The translations under genes and the position numbers were made by a program. The notes under the pieces were generated by a model, which was not told the origin of the DNA, made no database searches, and worked only from the letters and a program-made list of their open reading frames with translations. Below, in pieces: positions 11,721-24,774 of a stretch of 64,000 bases of DNA (its first letter is position 1; every line of letters starts with the position of its first letter). Source of the stretch: Rhodosorus marinus CCMP1338 (lineage: Eukaryota; Plantae; Rhodophyta); the NCBI GenBank assembly GCA_029953675.1, contig JAMWBK010000010.1:1488001-1552000 (forward strand), given 5' to 3'.

Positions 11721-12524
11721 TCACTCATCTCTGCCTACCGTTTCCTTAGATTGCGGCTTCGCTTCTACCTTGTTCTCCTCGTCAGACTTGCCGAAACCGA
11801 ACATGCCTCCGAAGACTTTCTTGATCGATCCCATGGTGTCTGCCTGGTCGTCAACGTAGCCCTGATACCGAGTGAAATGGGAGAGCGAAATCATTCAGAG
11901 CAGCCCTACTGCGAGCGGTGCAAAAGTCTGCAGATGAGAAGGTTCCCGCACCTGATCAACGTATGAACCCTCCACATCCACGTGCGACTTGAAGAAGTCC
12001 TTCGCAGAACCAGTTGCGTCGCGTCGAAGTCTACCCTCCTGTGTTTGAATGAATATGAAGGCTCCAGGTGTTAGGGAAAATTGTTGAAAGTTTGTCTATG
12101 GCCTTGCTCTACGTTTACCTCCAGAAGGGAGACGCGGCCCTCGAAAGCCTTCAGCTCTTCTCCTCGGAGCTTATTAATCTGCGACATGGAAGCTAGTTTC
12201 TCCAGTGCCATGGCCTCTTCTCCTCCACATGCCATCAAGACTGTGTCAACGTCCTCTTCTGAATATTCCTATACTCGCCATAAGAGGCTGTTCGTTCAGC
12301 GATGCGAATTTTGCGCGATTTTTTGCTCTAATATGTAGAAACCTTACTGGAAAGGCATTTTGCAGGCTGGAGACGGTCTCATCCCAGACGGAAGTTGTGT
12401 TGCCTGCCTTTTTCTTTGTCCCATTCTCCTGCATTCTCACTGAAGCCACATTCTTTCTAGACGCACAGACTCTCCGACTCTCAGTCGACAACCTCAGACC
12501 AGCTCCATTCACGAAACACGCCAT
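11721..12524 (-). CDS. Plastid-targeted hypothetical protein with a CUE/UBA-like segment, multi-exon
   Basis: Transit-like N-terminus MACFVNGAGLRLSTESRRVCASR. Spliced exons EYSEEDVDTVLMACGGEEAMALEKLASM, EGRLRRDATGSAKDFFKSHVDVEGSYVDQ and GYVDDQADTMGSIKKVFGGMFGFG; stop at 11721. Confidence 0.7.
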
Positions 12525-13319
12525 GTTGAAAAGTTGACTAGAAATCACTACCTAAACCAGCGAAACTCAGTAGTACAGACAGACACAGGAAATTTGAACT
12601 TTCCAACCTTCACCTCCCTCCGTCTGAATTGTATAGCTTCAGCATTGTTCACCAACTATAAAGATGACAGTATGTATAGCTAAATCGCAATACCACCAGA
12701 GCACATCCTCTTCAAGCAAAAGTGCTATCTCTCAATATTAGCTTTTCCCCACCACCCAATAGAAATAAAGAATAGACGAAAAAAGGATCACCTCGTTTGG
12801 TTTGTTTTGTGGCCGAAATGAAAAATCGTGAAGGACGCGTGTCCTTAAATCAACGAATGAATAAGCAGTTAGTATCTAGTGCGATATTGGTTGTTCTGTT
12901 GAGTAGGACGGGGTTCCTCTGTTGGGATAATTTTTCGGATGCTCTGTATGCGGTATGTGGCTTGGGTGAGGGTGAACGGCACTGTAGTAGTGCTCCGGTC
13001 CTCCTGAGAGTGCGACATATCTGAATACCCTTGCGGTGAACGCACCATCAAACTACCTATCAGAACTGGGCGTGTCAAAGTTGAATCCCGGTGGTCGACT
13101 TGGGTAACATGGTCGGGTGGGACGTAGCGTTCTAAGTTGGCTCGCCTTCTTGTACGAAGATGGCACTCAGCGTTATTTACTGTGTGATGAGAGAACGGAA
13201 GCGACACGCTTCCCAGCTCTACGCTATGCTAAATACGTTTTCGGTATGAGATGCACACTTTGCCTACGAGATAATGTAAGTTTATTTCTTACGCTCTCAT
13301 GACAAAATTGTATGGGGAG

Positions 13320-13342
13320 TCGGTAACTTCAAAAGTTACCGA
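13320..13342. other. Perfect 10-bp hairpin about 70 nt downstream of the PDI stop
   Basis: tcggtaactt-caa-aagttaccga. Confidence 0.6.
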
Positions 13343-13411
13343 TGTACTCGCACGTATCCGGATTAGATTACAGCTCGTTTCACATCATTTTTCTAGTTGG
13401 CAGTGGACTGC

Positions 13412-15044
13412 TTACAGTTCTTCCTCATCGTCGTCCTCCTCCTCGTCCTCCTCATATTCCTCGTCGTATTCCTCCTCATAATCATCATCTTCTCCTTCCT
13501 CAGGCTCCTCCGGCTCCTCTCCTTCGGCCGACTCAAGATCCTCTGGCAGGTCAAAGCTCGTTCCACAGTTTTTATGGAGGAACTCAGCGAATTCCTTCAG
13601 AGTTCGTCCTCCGTTGTAGGGAATGGGCTTGTCTTTCTTGCCAGCTGGGAAGAATGTAAGGGTCGGGTAACCCTTCGCGGCGTGCGGCGGTGGTGCATCG
13701 TTCTCGGTGGCGTCCATCTTCGCAATTACAATTGACTCAACACCGCTGAGCTTCGAAGCAAGTTCATCGTAAATTGGAGCAAGTTTCTTGCAGTGGCCGC
13801 ACCACGGAGCGTACTGCTCAACGAGCACGTCCTTAGTATCGTCCATGACAAGTTCCTCCCAAGTGCTCCCGACAATGACCTTGACGGGCTCGTCGTTCTT
13901 CTCGGGTTTGGCCGCGGACTTAAGATTGGGCTTGAGCTCTCCGGCAATGTACTTCTTGGTCCATGCAGCGACCGAGTCCGCAGTGAATTCTTCCTCGAAG
14001 AGATACTTCGTAAGTCCATCGAACTCAACGATGGCAAGCGCTGGATCAGCAGTGACACCAAGCTGATCCTTGAAGCTACCGAGTTCCTTGGCATCAATCC
14101 AAGCGAACTTCACCTTGCCATTGCCCACCAGCTGCCTGGCCGCGTCGGTCATAACCTTCTTCTGCTCATCATGCTTGGCATTGCCTGGCTCGGCAAACAG
14201 AATGACGCATGGGCTTTCGATGTAGGTCTGAGCGGTATCCCTTGACAGCTCTCCGAAGAGTGGTGTGGCTGCACCCGTGCAAATATCGCCGAGCTTCTCA
14301 GAAACATCGACGGTGCTGTACTCTGCTTCCTCCTCACCGAAGGTCTTCAAGATGACCTGACCAGCACTGGCCTTACTCTTGGCGATCAAAGCTTCAGCAT
14401 CAGCAGCAGAAGCCTTGAAGAATGCACCGTTTCCAGCGAGGTCTCCCTTGGTGGCCCTGGCGATCTTTTCGAACTCCGCCTCCTTCGTCTCATCACCGGT
14501 GATGATGACGAATGCTGCCTTCTCATCCTTCAACAGATCGGCGATTCCGTCCTTGGTGATATCAGACAGAATCGGCCTCAAAGCATCAACCATGAAGTTC
14601 ACGATGGACTTCTGGTCACGGCCGCCAGAGTAATCCTGGAGCACCTTTCCGCCCTGGAAGAGCTTCAGAGTTGGAAACCCTTGGACGCCGTACTCTTGGG
14701 CAAGATCCTATTTTGCAAGTAGACACGGAAGATACGGTTAAAAGCTGTGACGTACTTTGAGCCCAGAACCATATTTATAACACTGCCCAGACACCTACCT
14801 TCTCGATCGTTGCATCGACGTCGGCAAGGACAACCTTTCCCTTTAGCTCGGTGGCGGCCTCAATGTAGGCCGATGCCATTTTCTTGCAGTGTCCACACCA
14901 TGGGGCGTAGAACTTTACAAGGGTCGGCACATCCCCTTTAATAGTTTCCGTGAAGTTCTCCTTCGTAAGATTCAGCACATCCTCCGCATCTCCAAGGGCG
15001 AGCCCCAGAAGACCAACAAACGCAAACGTGTAAAGAAGTCTCAT
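13412..15044 (-). CDS. PDI: Protein disulfide isomerase (a-b-b'-a'-c), two exons
   Basis: Signal peptide MRLLYTFAFVGLLGLALG, two APWCGHCK active sites, acidic tail ending DEEEL. Confidence 0.96.
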
Positions 15045-16439
15045 GATTTTCAATCGATCGGTAAACTTCAGGATAACGAACTCTTGTTGCCTGTGTTCAT
15101 GCCCGTCAGCACTAGCAAGAGTTGCTGCTGAAGTCTGGCTATTTAACCTGTTTCATTTGACAACAGGCGGAGGCTCATCTCGAGTTTTCTTGATTGAGTC
15201 AATCCAAATAATGACTGAAGACCAATTAATGAGCGATCTAGCCTCAAAATTGACTGGATTAAGTCATTTAGAAACGGTCTGGATTGAATAAGATTTTTTG
15301 ATTCCTGGCCGATCAGAGCAGCCAATTACGTTTGTAGAACTCCGTTACCAACTCCGACCGTAGACAACTTTTACCCCTATGGAGGTTTTTCCATAGTTAC
15401 CATGGAATTGTTTTTTAAAACAAATATATTGGATTGTACGTTTTTTATACACAAAGCCAACCCCTGATTTGTATATTGGCCCACCCTTTGAAGGGGCAGA
15501 AATGGCAATCAATCGCGCAGATATGATAGGAGTAGAGGAGTATCCTTTCAGAGTATTTAAAAAAAGAACTGAAAAACCAATATGGATGATATTCGATACA
15601 ATACAGTTGACTGTCCATAGCCCTCACAGAGATTCATGGTCGTCTGTTTCCGCGCGACCCCACCCCCCGACAAATTGATATTTAGTCTCGTAGGATGCCA
15701 AAAATATACTCTACATATGCTTCTAGGCCCACCCTCCAGACTACAGTCCTGCAACTACAGATCTTCTGGCAGTCGGAAAATTCTATTCAATGTCACCCCT
15801 TGCCGGATCTGGAAATTTATTTTGAGTAGAATCCAGGCCATCGCCATCGTCTGGCTAACGGGAAAATGGACTCAAAAAGCTACCCCTTTTCCAAAACTTC
15901 CAATCATTATGTAGCTGCCTTTTTTTCTCCTGGAAATTTATTCGAGGGAACCTAAGAGCAATTTACAATAGCAACTTCTTCTCGTACGTAGTCATTATGT
16001 TTCTCCTTCAATCTTTATATCTTCTTTGATTGAAAACAAACCCATAAAGACTAAATCAGTCAATATCAATCTGTTTTCGTGACTGATAGCTAATCTTTTA
16101 TATCATATTTAGGCAATCAATCGTCTAGCAAGATATGCAATCCACAAAGCAATCAAAATAAAATCAGAATGATTGCCCTCTCCCTACAACTCCCCTCAGA
16201 AGGAATCAGAACGGGTCGGTCATGTACGTGCGCTGTTTATTGGTTGTTGTCCAATTGAATCCGTTCCATAGAGTGCTAGCTGATGTCCGGAAAAAGGAGC
16301 TTAATCATCGGGCGGATAGACTTGTTGCCCTTTCTCGAGAAAATTTAGTACTACAGGAACCAGGAGGAATCTGGGAAACTTCAGTCAACATCTCAATCTA
16401 GATATTGACTGAGCAACATCAAACGGAGGGATTGGTATC

Positions 16440-17450
16440 CTCAGTTGGTTGGTTGAGGAATGTGTGTTAGAGGACCTAGACGGCAGGATTCTGAACCCAC
16501 TGACTTTTCGATCCACAGGAAGTCATGATTGACTGTATCGAGGAGGCTGACAAGACGCAAGGTCCGAAAAATACGAAGTGCACTACGATGGAAAGCTAGT
16601 ATTTCGATTTCTCTACCTTCTCGCTGAAGTGGCAAAAGCAGTTGGGTGAACTGTCGACCGAAAGCATATCTGCTCGAATCCACAAATTGATGTCCAGCTG
16701 GATAGTGTGTGTGAGTATGCAAGCCTTAGGTCTTCCGACTTCGTACAACGAGAGTATACTCATGGAGCAAGCAGCCATGCTTCCTCGGTCATCCAGGGGC
16801 CACGCTGTACAGGAACAAAAAGCACCCGGAAGTGGGACAACCACAAGAGACTAAAAGATCCTCCTGAAAGATCTTAAGAGAAAGATCCTGGTTCTCCCGG
16901 GATTTGTGAGAACGAGCATCGTCTAGTACGAATGTATCAGGCCGCTTTCCCAACTATTCCATCCTGTCCTTGCATCAAACAATCCACAAGCTCTCTCGTG
17001 GATGGCAAATGCACCCGTTTCTTTTCACCGCGCCGTCATCGTCGTGTACCAAACGCATAGGGCGCAGTGTGATTAGCATGAGTTTCTCAACTCACACGTT
17101 TTCCTGGACAGTTTTACTGACACTCCTGAACTGTACTCCTCATTTCGAAACTCTCATCGGGTACCCTTTGCAAATCGGCGATCGTGCAGGATTTCAGTAG
17201 GAGTGCACTGGACGCGGATAGGTTTTTTTGAGTACGTCTGAATGCAGCGGGAGGATAGCGAAGTTCGTCAAGTTCAGGTTGATCACAGCGCCATACTGCG
17301 TGATGCAAAAGTGCTGACCTATATGAGCCCCCGGCATGATCGCCTCCAGGGGAACTACGAACGTATCAAGCTCCTCCAAGATGTGCACCACTGTTCCGTG
17401 ATAACCTATGCCATGGAATACTTCAACTCGCTGCACCTTGTGCAGCGCCC
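16440..17450 (-). mobile_element. Possible heavily decayed Ty1/copia reverse-transcriptase relic
   Basis: Frame-broken fragments EELDTFVVPLEAIMPGAHIGQHFCI, LHSDVLKKTY, VWYTTMT, TFVLDDA and FLWIEKS...LGPLT occur in the order expected for copia RT and RNase H motifs. The similarity is weak. Confidence 0.25.
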
Positions 17451-17926
17451 CATAGTATTCCTAGCGGCGTCCCCGTACGATGGTCGGTTGATGAACTCCA
17501 AAGTTGGAACCCCGAGAATAATGCGTATTGCATTTCCTTCCGCCCACTCAAAATTTGAAATTACTTCTAAATTATGACAAGACGCCGAAAAGGAAAAGCG
17601 CCTTTTCCAGATCATGGGGTAGATTCCACGCTCGACTTTTTCGTAGATATTCTAAATATTGTTCAATAGTATCCCTTTTTATGCAATTTTTTGAAGCCGT
17701 ATACTGTTCAAGATGAACTGCATTATGCAAATACTTGATAGCGACTTGGCTAGGAGGATGAAACTGGTCCCCAGGTTTTTCTATTCTTGGGCCCATTCAA
17801 TGTCGTAAGTATTAGCTGACTTTCGGATGTTGATAAGGCGGGGGGTAATCGGAAGTGGAGGTGAAAGTGGATAGAAAGGAATAGAGTGAAGCTTGACGGG
17901 GGAGGTATAACAGGATTGACGTAATC

Positions 17927-19111
17927 ATGGCGTTTGTTCCTAGTGCAGGAAGCTTTGGATCAACTTTTGTTCAGCATGGAGGCAGCAGTCGATCGACAAG
18001 CTGTCGGCGTACGTTGGGAGCGGACGGTCACAGATCGCAGGCATCAAAGACTGGGAACGTGGGAGTTAAAATGATGGCAAAAAAAGCAGCGGAGTATGAC
18101 ATGAAAACCAGGCTCAGGGAGGAACTCGAGGCTCCGTTCAGAAAGGTCCGAATGGCAATCTACGCTGCATCTGGAGTGTCCGCTACCATCGGAGGATTCG
18201 TTTCTGGCTCTCGCATTTTGGCATCGATGAGTGGCATATCAGGTAGAGTTTTTGCCGTCATTTAGTACATTATTGTTTTCATCGAAGTACTTAGCCGGAA
18301 GTTCTTTCATTTGCTTCGCTGGTCAGGTGTACAGCCGCTGGGTGAAACGATACCAAACTTGGCGATCGACTTGGGCGTTGTTGCTGGCGCAGTCTTCCTA
18401 TACCAACGAGAAGTCAAGGCTGGAGAACGGAGGCTCGAGAGATTGGCCAGGGGTGCTATGGTCGGGAGCCTCTCAATCGAGTTGAGCAACAGAAAAGTTA
18501 TTAAGGTCAGCGACCTTCGTGGCTCCAGGAGAGTCTTGATCGTAGGCGGTAACTCTGAGAAGGTGAAGGAGATCCTCAAGGCTGGTAAACCGGTAAGTGG
18601 ATCCACACCAAGTCCAGTAATTTTCATTGGTGCATGTTGCGACATCCTCTTCATTATGTACACGAGCAAGTAATTTCCTACGCTTTTTTTCCGTTGACGT
18701 ATTGCGATGCACAGTTCCAGAAACGATTGGAGGAAAGAAATCTTGTTGTCGTGCCAGTTGCCTTCGACAAGATCTCAGACTTCAAGGAGCTATCCGGTGG
18801 ATGGTCTGGACAAAGTGTTGCCGAAGCCGTGTTAACCAACGAATGGAAGCTGTGGGCTGAAGAAGAATCAAAGCGAGTACGTGCGCCTGACGTAAGTAAC
18901 GATACTTAGACAATTCTTGTTTGTGCGAACAGCTCCACAAAACAAAATCGTCGTCCTCTTTTCATACGCACAGATCCAGAAAGACATTTTCATGACGATC
19001 ATTCGAAAGGACGGAAGAGTCGGTGCTCGATCATCTCAAGGCCTGGCCTGGCAACGGCTGCTCGATGACTTTGAGAAGCTTCCTAAGAAAGATAAATATG
19101 GAACGCCTTAA
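17927..19111 (+). CDS. LPA1: LOW PSII ACCUMULATION 1-like (DUF3493) plastid protein, multi-exon
   Basis: Transit peptide MAFVPSAG; RLREELEAPFRKVRMAIYAASGVSATIGGFV; NLAIDLGVVAG; IIRKDGRVGARSSQGLAWQRLL. Confidence 0.87.
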
Positions 19112-20347
19112 CGATCCGCATTTGATGAATTTCGATGAAACTGAACAACTAAACATGAGCATGAACGGCGAAAACGAAAATACCTTCCCAAGGGCATTCC
19201 GAACAATGCTACTTTGTACAATGCACTCTGGTCTCGAGCATATAGATTGCTGTGGCTGGAATAGAAGACGGAACACTCGATGGAGACTAAGTTTGTCGTA
19301 CTCCTGCTAATGATGGACACTTCTGGCTGACGCGCAAGCTCGTTCGCCGTGAACCAACAAGCCACAGGTGCATGTAGATCGGCCAGACTCTTATCACCTG
19401 AGACTGCAGAAGGCTCTGCATCACCAATCTATCCGAACAATCAAAAGCTCCAGTGTGCGGGAGCAATATATTTCAGGAAAGCAAAAGAATTCCTTCTCCC
19501 CCCGGGGAAATGCATCGTTTCTATATGACTATCAACGACTCAATCCGCTTTCTCTACAAAATGTTACCCAAAATGATAAACATGCAACGGACCTTTGCAA
19601 AACCCAGCAAACGCCTTATTCACAAACACTTCCCATGCCCGAGGACCATAATGATTGAATTTATCAATCAAAACAACTGTTCTATTATTATAGAATAAAA
19701 AAGCCACGTATGTAATGCAAGCCTTACACGCTCCGTGATTACTATTTGTGAAAATAATTCATTAGATCCGGACTGACCATTCATATCCGTTTTACTAACA
19801 AGCGTCAGCACGTTAAGCCGCTAGCGGTGTTTCGCCATGAAAAATTAAACCATAATTCCACACACCCGCTTCCGGTCTGAAAGAAATGCATTTCCCCACA
19901 AGCTATTTTCGGGATAAGTAAGGGGGGGGTAAATTTTAACGTTGTGCGAAGGCTTAGATATTGAATTAGTAGAAAGTTTTGAATACTTTTGGCTGTTGTA
20001 GAGTTTTTCGAAGGGGGAGAAGAGTTGATGATCAGTACCTCCTTTTTTTTATGATATGGGGTTTTTGTGCGTCCTCGATGGCTTTGGAAGGGGATTGCTC
20101 GCAGGTGGGTTTGGGTGGCAATAGGATGGTTTGTGGTTTGTATAAGGTTACAACAGCAAGGAGGAGGGGTGCTGAAAGGGGCAGCATATTGTCCGACGAG
20201 GTGGTAGTGTTTGGCAGTGACAACGTTTAGGGAGGGTTTACTGAGAGAGTTGGGACTGTCCTGGTAGGCGTGTTGTTTTGGGAGGGTTGTGGGTGGTGAC
20301 TGGTTGGGGCCTGCTAGGGTTTTGAAAAGAGGGTGCTGACTGTCATC

Positions 20348-22073
20348 ATGGAAGGCTGTTTCGTAGCTGGTGGGGCGTTTGTACAGCGCAGCCGTCGATT
20401 GAGTGTTGATGGGTTGCGTGGGAGGGAATGGCGTAGTGGGGGGAGTAGGGGGAGTAGCCTGCGGAGCAATCCAGTACGGTGTGCTACGGAAAGTCAGCTC
20501 CTCCAGAAGCAGGAGGTTGTGACGACTGAGGTTGTGGAGGACACTGCACCGCCGCCAGCGGTACAGCCGTCGAAAAGACAAGTCTTGTTGTCTCTGGCAC
20601 TGCTTATCGCAACGGACAAAGCGCTAATAGTTCTCTTCAGGACCTTAAACATCCAATTTCCTGCCTCTCTGTTTGGCATGTTGGCAATGTTTGGAACTCT
20701 ACTGGTACTGGATGTTTTTAAGCCGGAGGCCTCAACCAAGGTCGCTGGAGCGTACCAGCCAGGAGTGAATTTTCTGGCAAAGTGGCTAGCAGTGTGTTTC
20801 GCACCCAGCCTGGTCGTCCTTCCACTTGCCCCCATGCCAGCTTCAGCGGACCTTTTGCGTACTGTCGGCGTACTTGTTTTGGGCTGGGCGATGTCACTGT
20901 TGAGCGCAGCGTATGTGGCAATTGGGCTCCAGAAACTCTCGGTTTCCGAAGATGAAGATGCTCCAACACCTGCAGCGCCAATTGTGATGCCACCGTACCG
21001 AAAACTTGCAAAAATTCTAGGCGCCTCTACAGCAGGGACATTCCTGCTCAGTCTCGCTTCTAGCAGCTTTACTCCGTTTGTGGCTGCCTACACGCTCTCC
21101 GCAACACTGCTCGGATTCTGCCTAGGAAACCTGCTCAGCAAGGACGTGAAAAAGATTATTCACCCTTTAATAACCTGCACATTGACAGCTCTTTCTGCGA
21201 TCTTCGTGCTCGCGCAAGCTTCTGGAGTCGCAACTGCGGGTCTCCTCGCTGGATACATTACCAGGGCACATAGCATTGCACAAGTGGGTGGTGGAGATCT
21301 GCTGCTGTCTCTTCTCGGCCCAGCGGTCGTTTCTTTTGCTTTTCAAATGTATTCGAGGAAGAAGATCATGAAACAAAGGTCTCTGGAGGTAAGTTTTGCG
21401 GGCTTTGTTGAGCCTCCAACTCAAATGTGGGGATATCGAAGCTGATGCAACTGTAACGAATCGCATTGTAGGTAATTGGTGCGTCATTTTTCGCATCAGT
21501 CTTTGGCCTGTTCGGTACCGCGTTTCTAGCAAGACTGTTCAACGCGAGTGCGTACGTCCGGAAGTTTTTGATTCCCCGGCAGCTCACAGCGGTAAGATCA
21601 GAATGAACCTTTCTTCGTCTTCGTGAGAGTACAAGAAGTTCTCACCCCGTTTGTTTCTCGCTACTCAGCCGCTCGCGATCCGAGCAGCAGAAGCACTGTC
21701 TGCTGATATTGGGCTCTGCCTCAGCGTTGTGGTCTTGACGGGACTGATCGGCGCTAACTTTGGAAGGTTGCTGTTGGATATGTTTAAGATCCGGGATCCA
21801 GCCGCCCGCGGTATTGCGACTGGCGCCAGGTATATCAATTCCTTCAGGTTCAATGTACTAGCTCCTTTTTTTAGAGGTCTACTGACTTTGTTTGTCCTTT
21901 GTCCTCAATGACGCAGTGCACACGGACTTGGAACGGCTGCAATTGCTGCCGAGCCCGACGCATTCCCGTTTGCCGCAATTACTATGGCGCTTGTAGGACT
22001 TATCTCGTCCCTCCTCATTCTCACACCACCGGTGAGGATCTTGCTATTGCGGGTCGCCCTCGGAGGGTTGTAA
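20348..22073 (+). CDS. PLGG1: Plastid glycolate/glycerate transporter (LrgA/LrgB family), multi-exon
   Basis: Transit peptide; IQFPASLFGMLAMF; LLSLLGPAVVSFAFQMYSRKK; VVVLTGLIGANFG; DPAARGIATG; AHGLGTAAIAAEP; stop at 22071-22073. Confidence 0.92.
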
Positions 22074-24774
22074 TCGATTCTACGTATTAACAACAGAGTA
22101 ACTTATCGAAACTAAGAAACACTGCTGACCCTCATGAAGACCTGGTTGAAGCCGAGGCCTTTGAGAGAAAGGATATCATGGATACTGCAGAGCCTGTGAA
22201 ATCATTTCAAATCCTCGCCCTGCATATTATTACAATTACCATTAAAAGCCACTGCTTGTCAAAGGGCCATTTGTAACAAACCAAATGCACAATACTGCTT
22301 TCGCCGTTGCCCTGATAGTTGCTCAGTGGGCGCAGAAGCAGCGACCAACTTGTGGAGGAATGGATTGGAATAGGTTAAAAGACGCCGATTTGAAGCGAGC
22401 CCCCCCCAAAAAAGAGCCGTAAAAACCCTCGCCATTTGGTCCTACCCCAACCACCCTGGCTTTTAAGGTCATGAATCGGGTCCGTTTGGTAGAGGGCCGA
22501 TTTATCTAGAGAAAGGGTTAACCGATTCAAGATCCTCACCTGATGCCTGTTTCTAAGCGACGTAATCTTGAAATGCGTTGTTGTACTTGTTTTCATCCGA
22601 TACGAAGAAGGCCAACGGTGCTACATCCGAAAATCGAGCCTTGGCGACTTGGTGCATGGTCTGTTTGCCTTTTTGACCAGAGCACGACAATTTCAATTGG
22701 CGAAACGTTAAGGTTGAGCAGCTCAATTCGCAAAAAGTACTGGGCCTGAAAAAAAGATGATGACTGTAAATAGGATATCTCCGATAACGGCCCGTCCAGT
22801 CCTGAAAATTCGCTTAGCCGGGCAATGCGCTCTTTTCTGCGCCTGGGTATTGACCAGGATACCACTATAGCGGCATAGTGCTGTCATTCGTATTCGTGAC
22901 TTGCTGATGTTCACTAAAAGCAACCGTAATCCTCGGCACAGTTTAAATCAGAACAGTTTACTCAAACACCCGTGCATGCGTGCGATCTCGGATCTGCGCG
23001 TAGGCGTCCATCCTACGATGGAGTACAGAGGTTCATGACGTTGTCCGTGTAGTTGCGGCGGGTGCTTTTTAACGCCACCTTTGTATTGTAGAAAAAAAAA
23101 CTGAAACCACCCCACCCCCCCCCCCCTCTCTATATGCGGAACAGGCTTGCGTCTTTCGGGATTCTTGGGTGTTTCCGCATCAAGACTGCGGGAATGCGAT
23201 TTTTTTCCGGACTTGACTGACCAGATCGTCCGAGCAGCACTGGACTTCAAAAACCCTAAGTCAATCAGTTTTAGCTCAACATTCAAACACCAACCGCAAG
23301 TTTCCATTCCAGCTCAATTTAGCCGGAACAAGATCTCCATTGCATACTCCTAAACTTTACTACTTTTATCGAACATCCTTCCCTTCCAAATATAATCTGG
23401 ATACTCTCCAATAATATTTGTTCGATTTCATCCATAACGGCTCGTTCAGTATTATTGAATAGGGGGCGTGGGGCGAAAACTCAGTCTATGCAATCCTAAA
23501 ATGTTTATCCCAAACTGATAAACTGAAAATTTTCCCTTCGCTCTCTCCCGTAGACGTCTATCAGTACTCTTCATATCGAGCAAGCATGAAACTTTGAAAT
23601 GTCAAAGGGTTGGGTGGAAGCTCTGAAACCCTCTGTATTTCAAAAAATACATTATTTTATCGGGGAGAAAACTACGATTTGGATGGGATTGCTACCCACC
23701 ATCAAAACGTAGACAAGCGAAGACCCTTAATGAAGTTTTAACTGTGGTCGTAAAAAAAGAAGAAATCTAACTGGGAAGAGTTTTTAAGCTTCCATTGGTT
23801 AAAAATGAAATGAGGTTCTCAAAATATCCTCGAATAGCAACACATTTTCACCCCATTTCACTTATAGACCATTAAAAAAAATTCCAATAGAAGAATTATA
23901 TCTTCAAAAAACAAAATACCATAGGTTTGAATATTACACCCGCCAAGACATCTAATCAAATTAACCAACCTATTTTTCCGTAGTAATTCTATTTTCATAA
24001 AAAAGCCGAGAGTTTCTCTTTTTCAATTTTTTTTTAAATAATCCAATCAAATTCGAATCAAAGAGGAGTTTCATTATCCAATCAAGAGATTTCAAGTTTT
24101 ATAGAATACTATAAAAATAAGTTCTCTCATCTTCTTGTTTTTTTTTTTTTCTCTCTTGTTTCGATGAAGTTTCAGTTAAAAAAAGTTGTGTTCTTTATAT
24201 TCAATGGCTTTGGAGGTGGTCGAGATAAACCTCCAAATCATTTGTAGAGGAGCTTTCCTTCTAAACCCTACCGAACCCCCCCCCTTTAGTTAAGACCAGT
24301 TAGTAAGGAATCAAAGCTTCTTGTTTTGACAATAAAGTTTCTTAAGATGAAAGTTGGATGTTGAAATTTTTGCTCTTGGTTGAGGGGGTGGGAAAGTGCA
24401 TGGCGGGAGACATGCCGATGAATGCATTGGTGATGGATTTTGTGTTCTGGTCGCGGTGACGGGAGGGGTGGGAAGGTGGGGTGGGGGGAGGTCTGGTCAG
24501 TCTAGGGTTTCACGATGGGAGGAAGGATGGGATTTTGTTAACGAGATGAGGTGTGGGTCTTTAGGTCAATTTGTGAATGTTGGGTTTGTACAGTTGTAGT
24601 GAGTTAGAAAATACAGGTTTGCAGTTTGGGTGGGCGTAGGGTGGGAGGAGCTCAGGGTGGGATGTTTTTTTTTAGGGGAAAGAGTGGGTTCTACTGAGGT
24701 GGTAGTTGAGTGTGGTAGGGTGTCTTCAGGTGTGCGTAGGGATTTCTGACGGGTTGTTGACCGTGTCAATTGTG

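Noticed and set aside
12980-13302. In-frame stretch SGPPESATYL...WLAFLYEDGTQRY with one internal stop
   Set aside because: No clear start or family, and the required 33-nt intron is shorter than others in the window.
19805-20581. 258-aa minus-strand ORF
   Set aside because: Pro/Thr/His-rich antisense shadow of the PLGG1 G/T-rich leader and first exon.
22315-22400. GCTCAGTGG, resembling a tRNA D-arm
   Set aside because: No GTTCRA T-loop or acceptor stem at the right spacing.
22948-23307. ORF with LKLIDLGF (kinase DFG-like)
   Set aside because: No other kinase subdomains in any frame.
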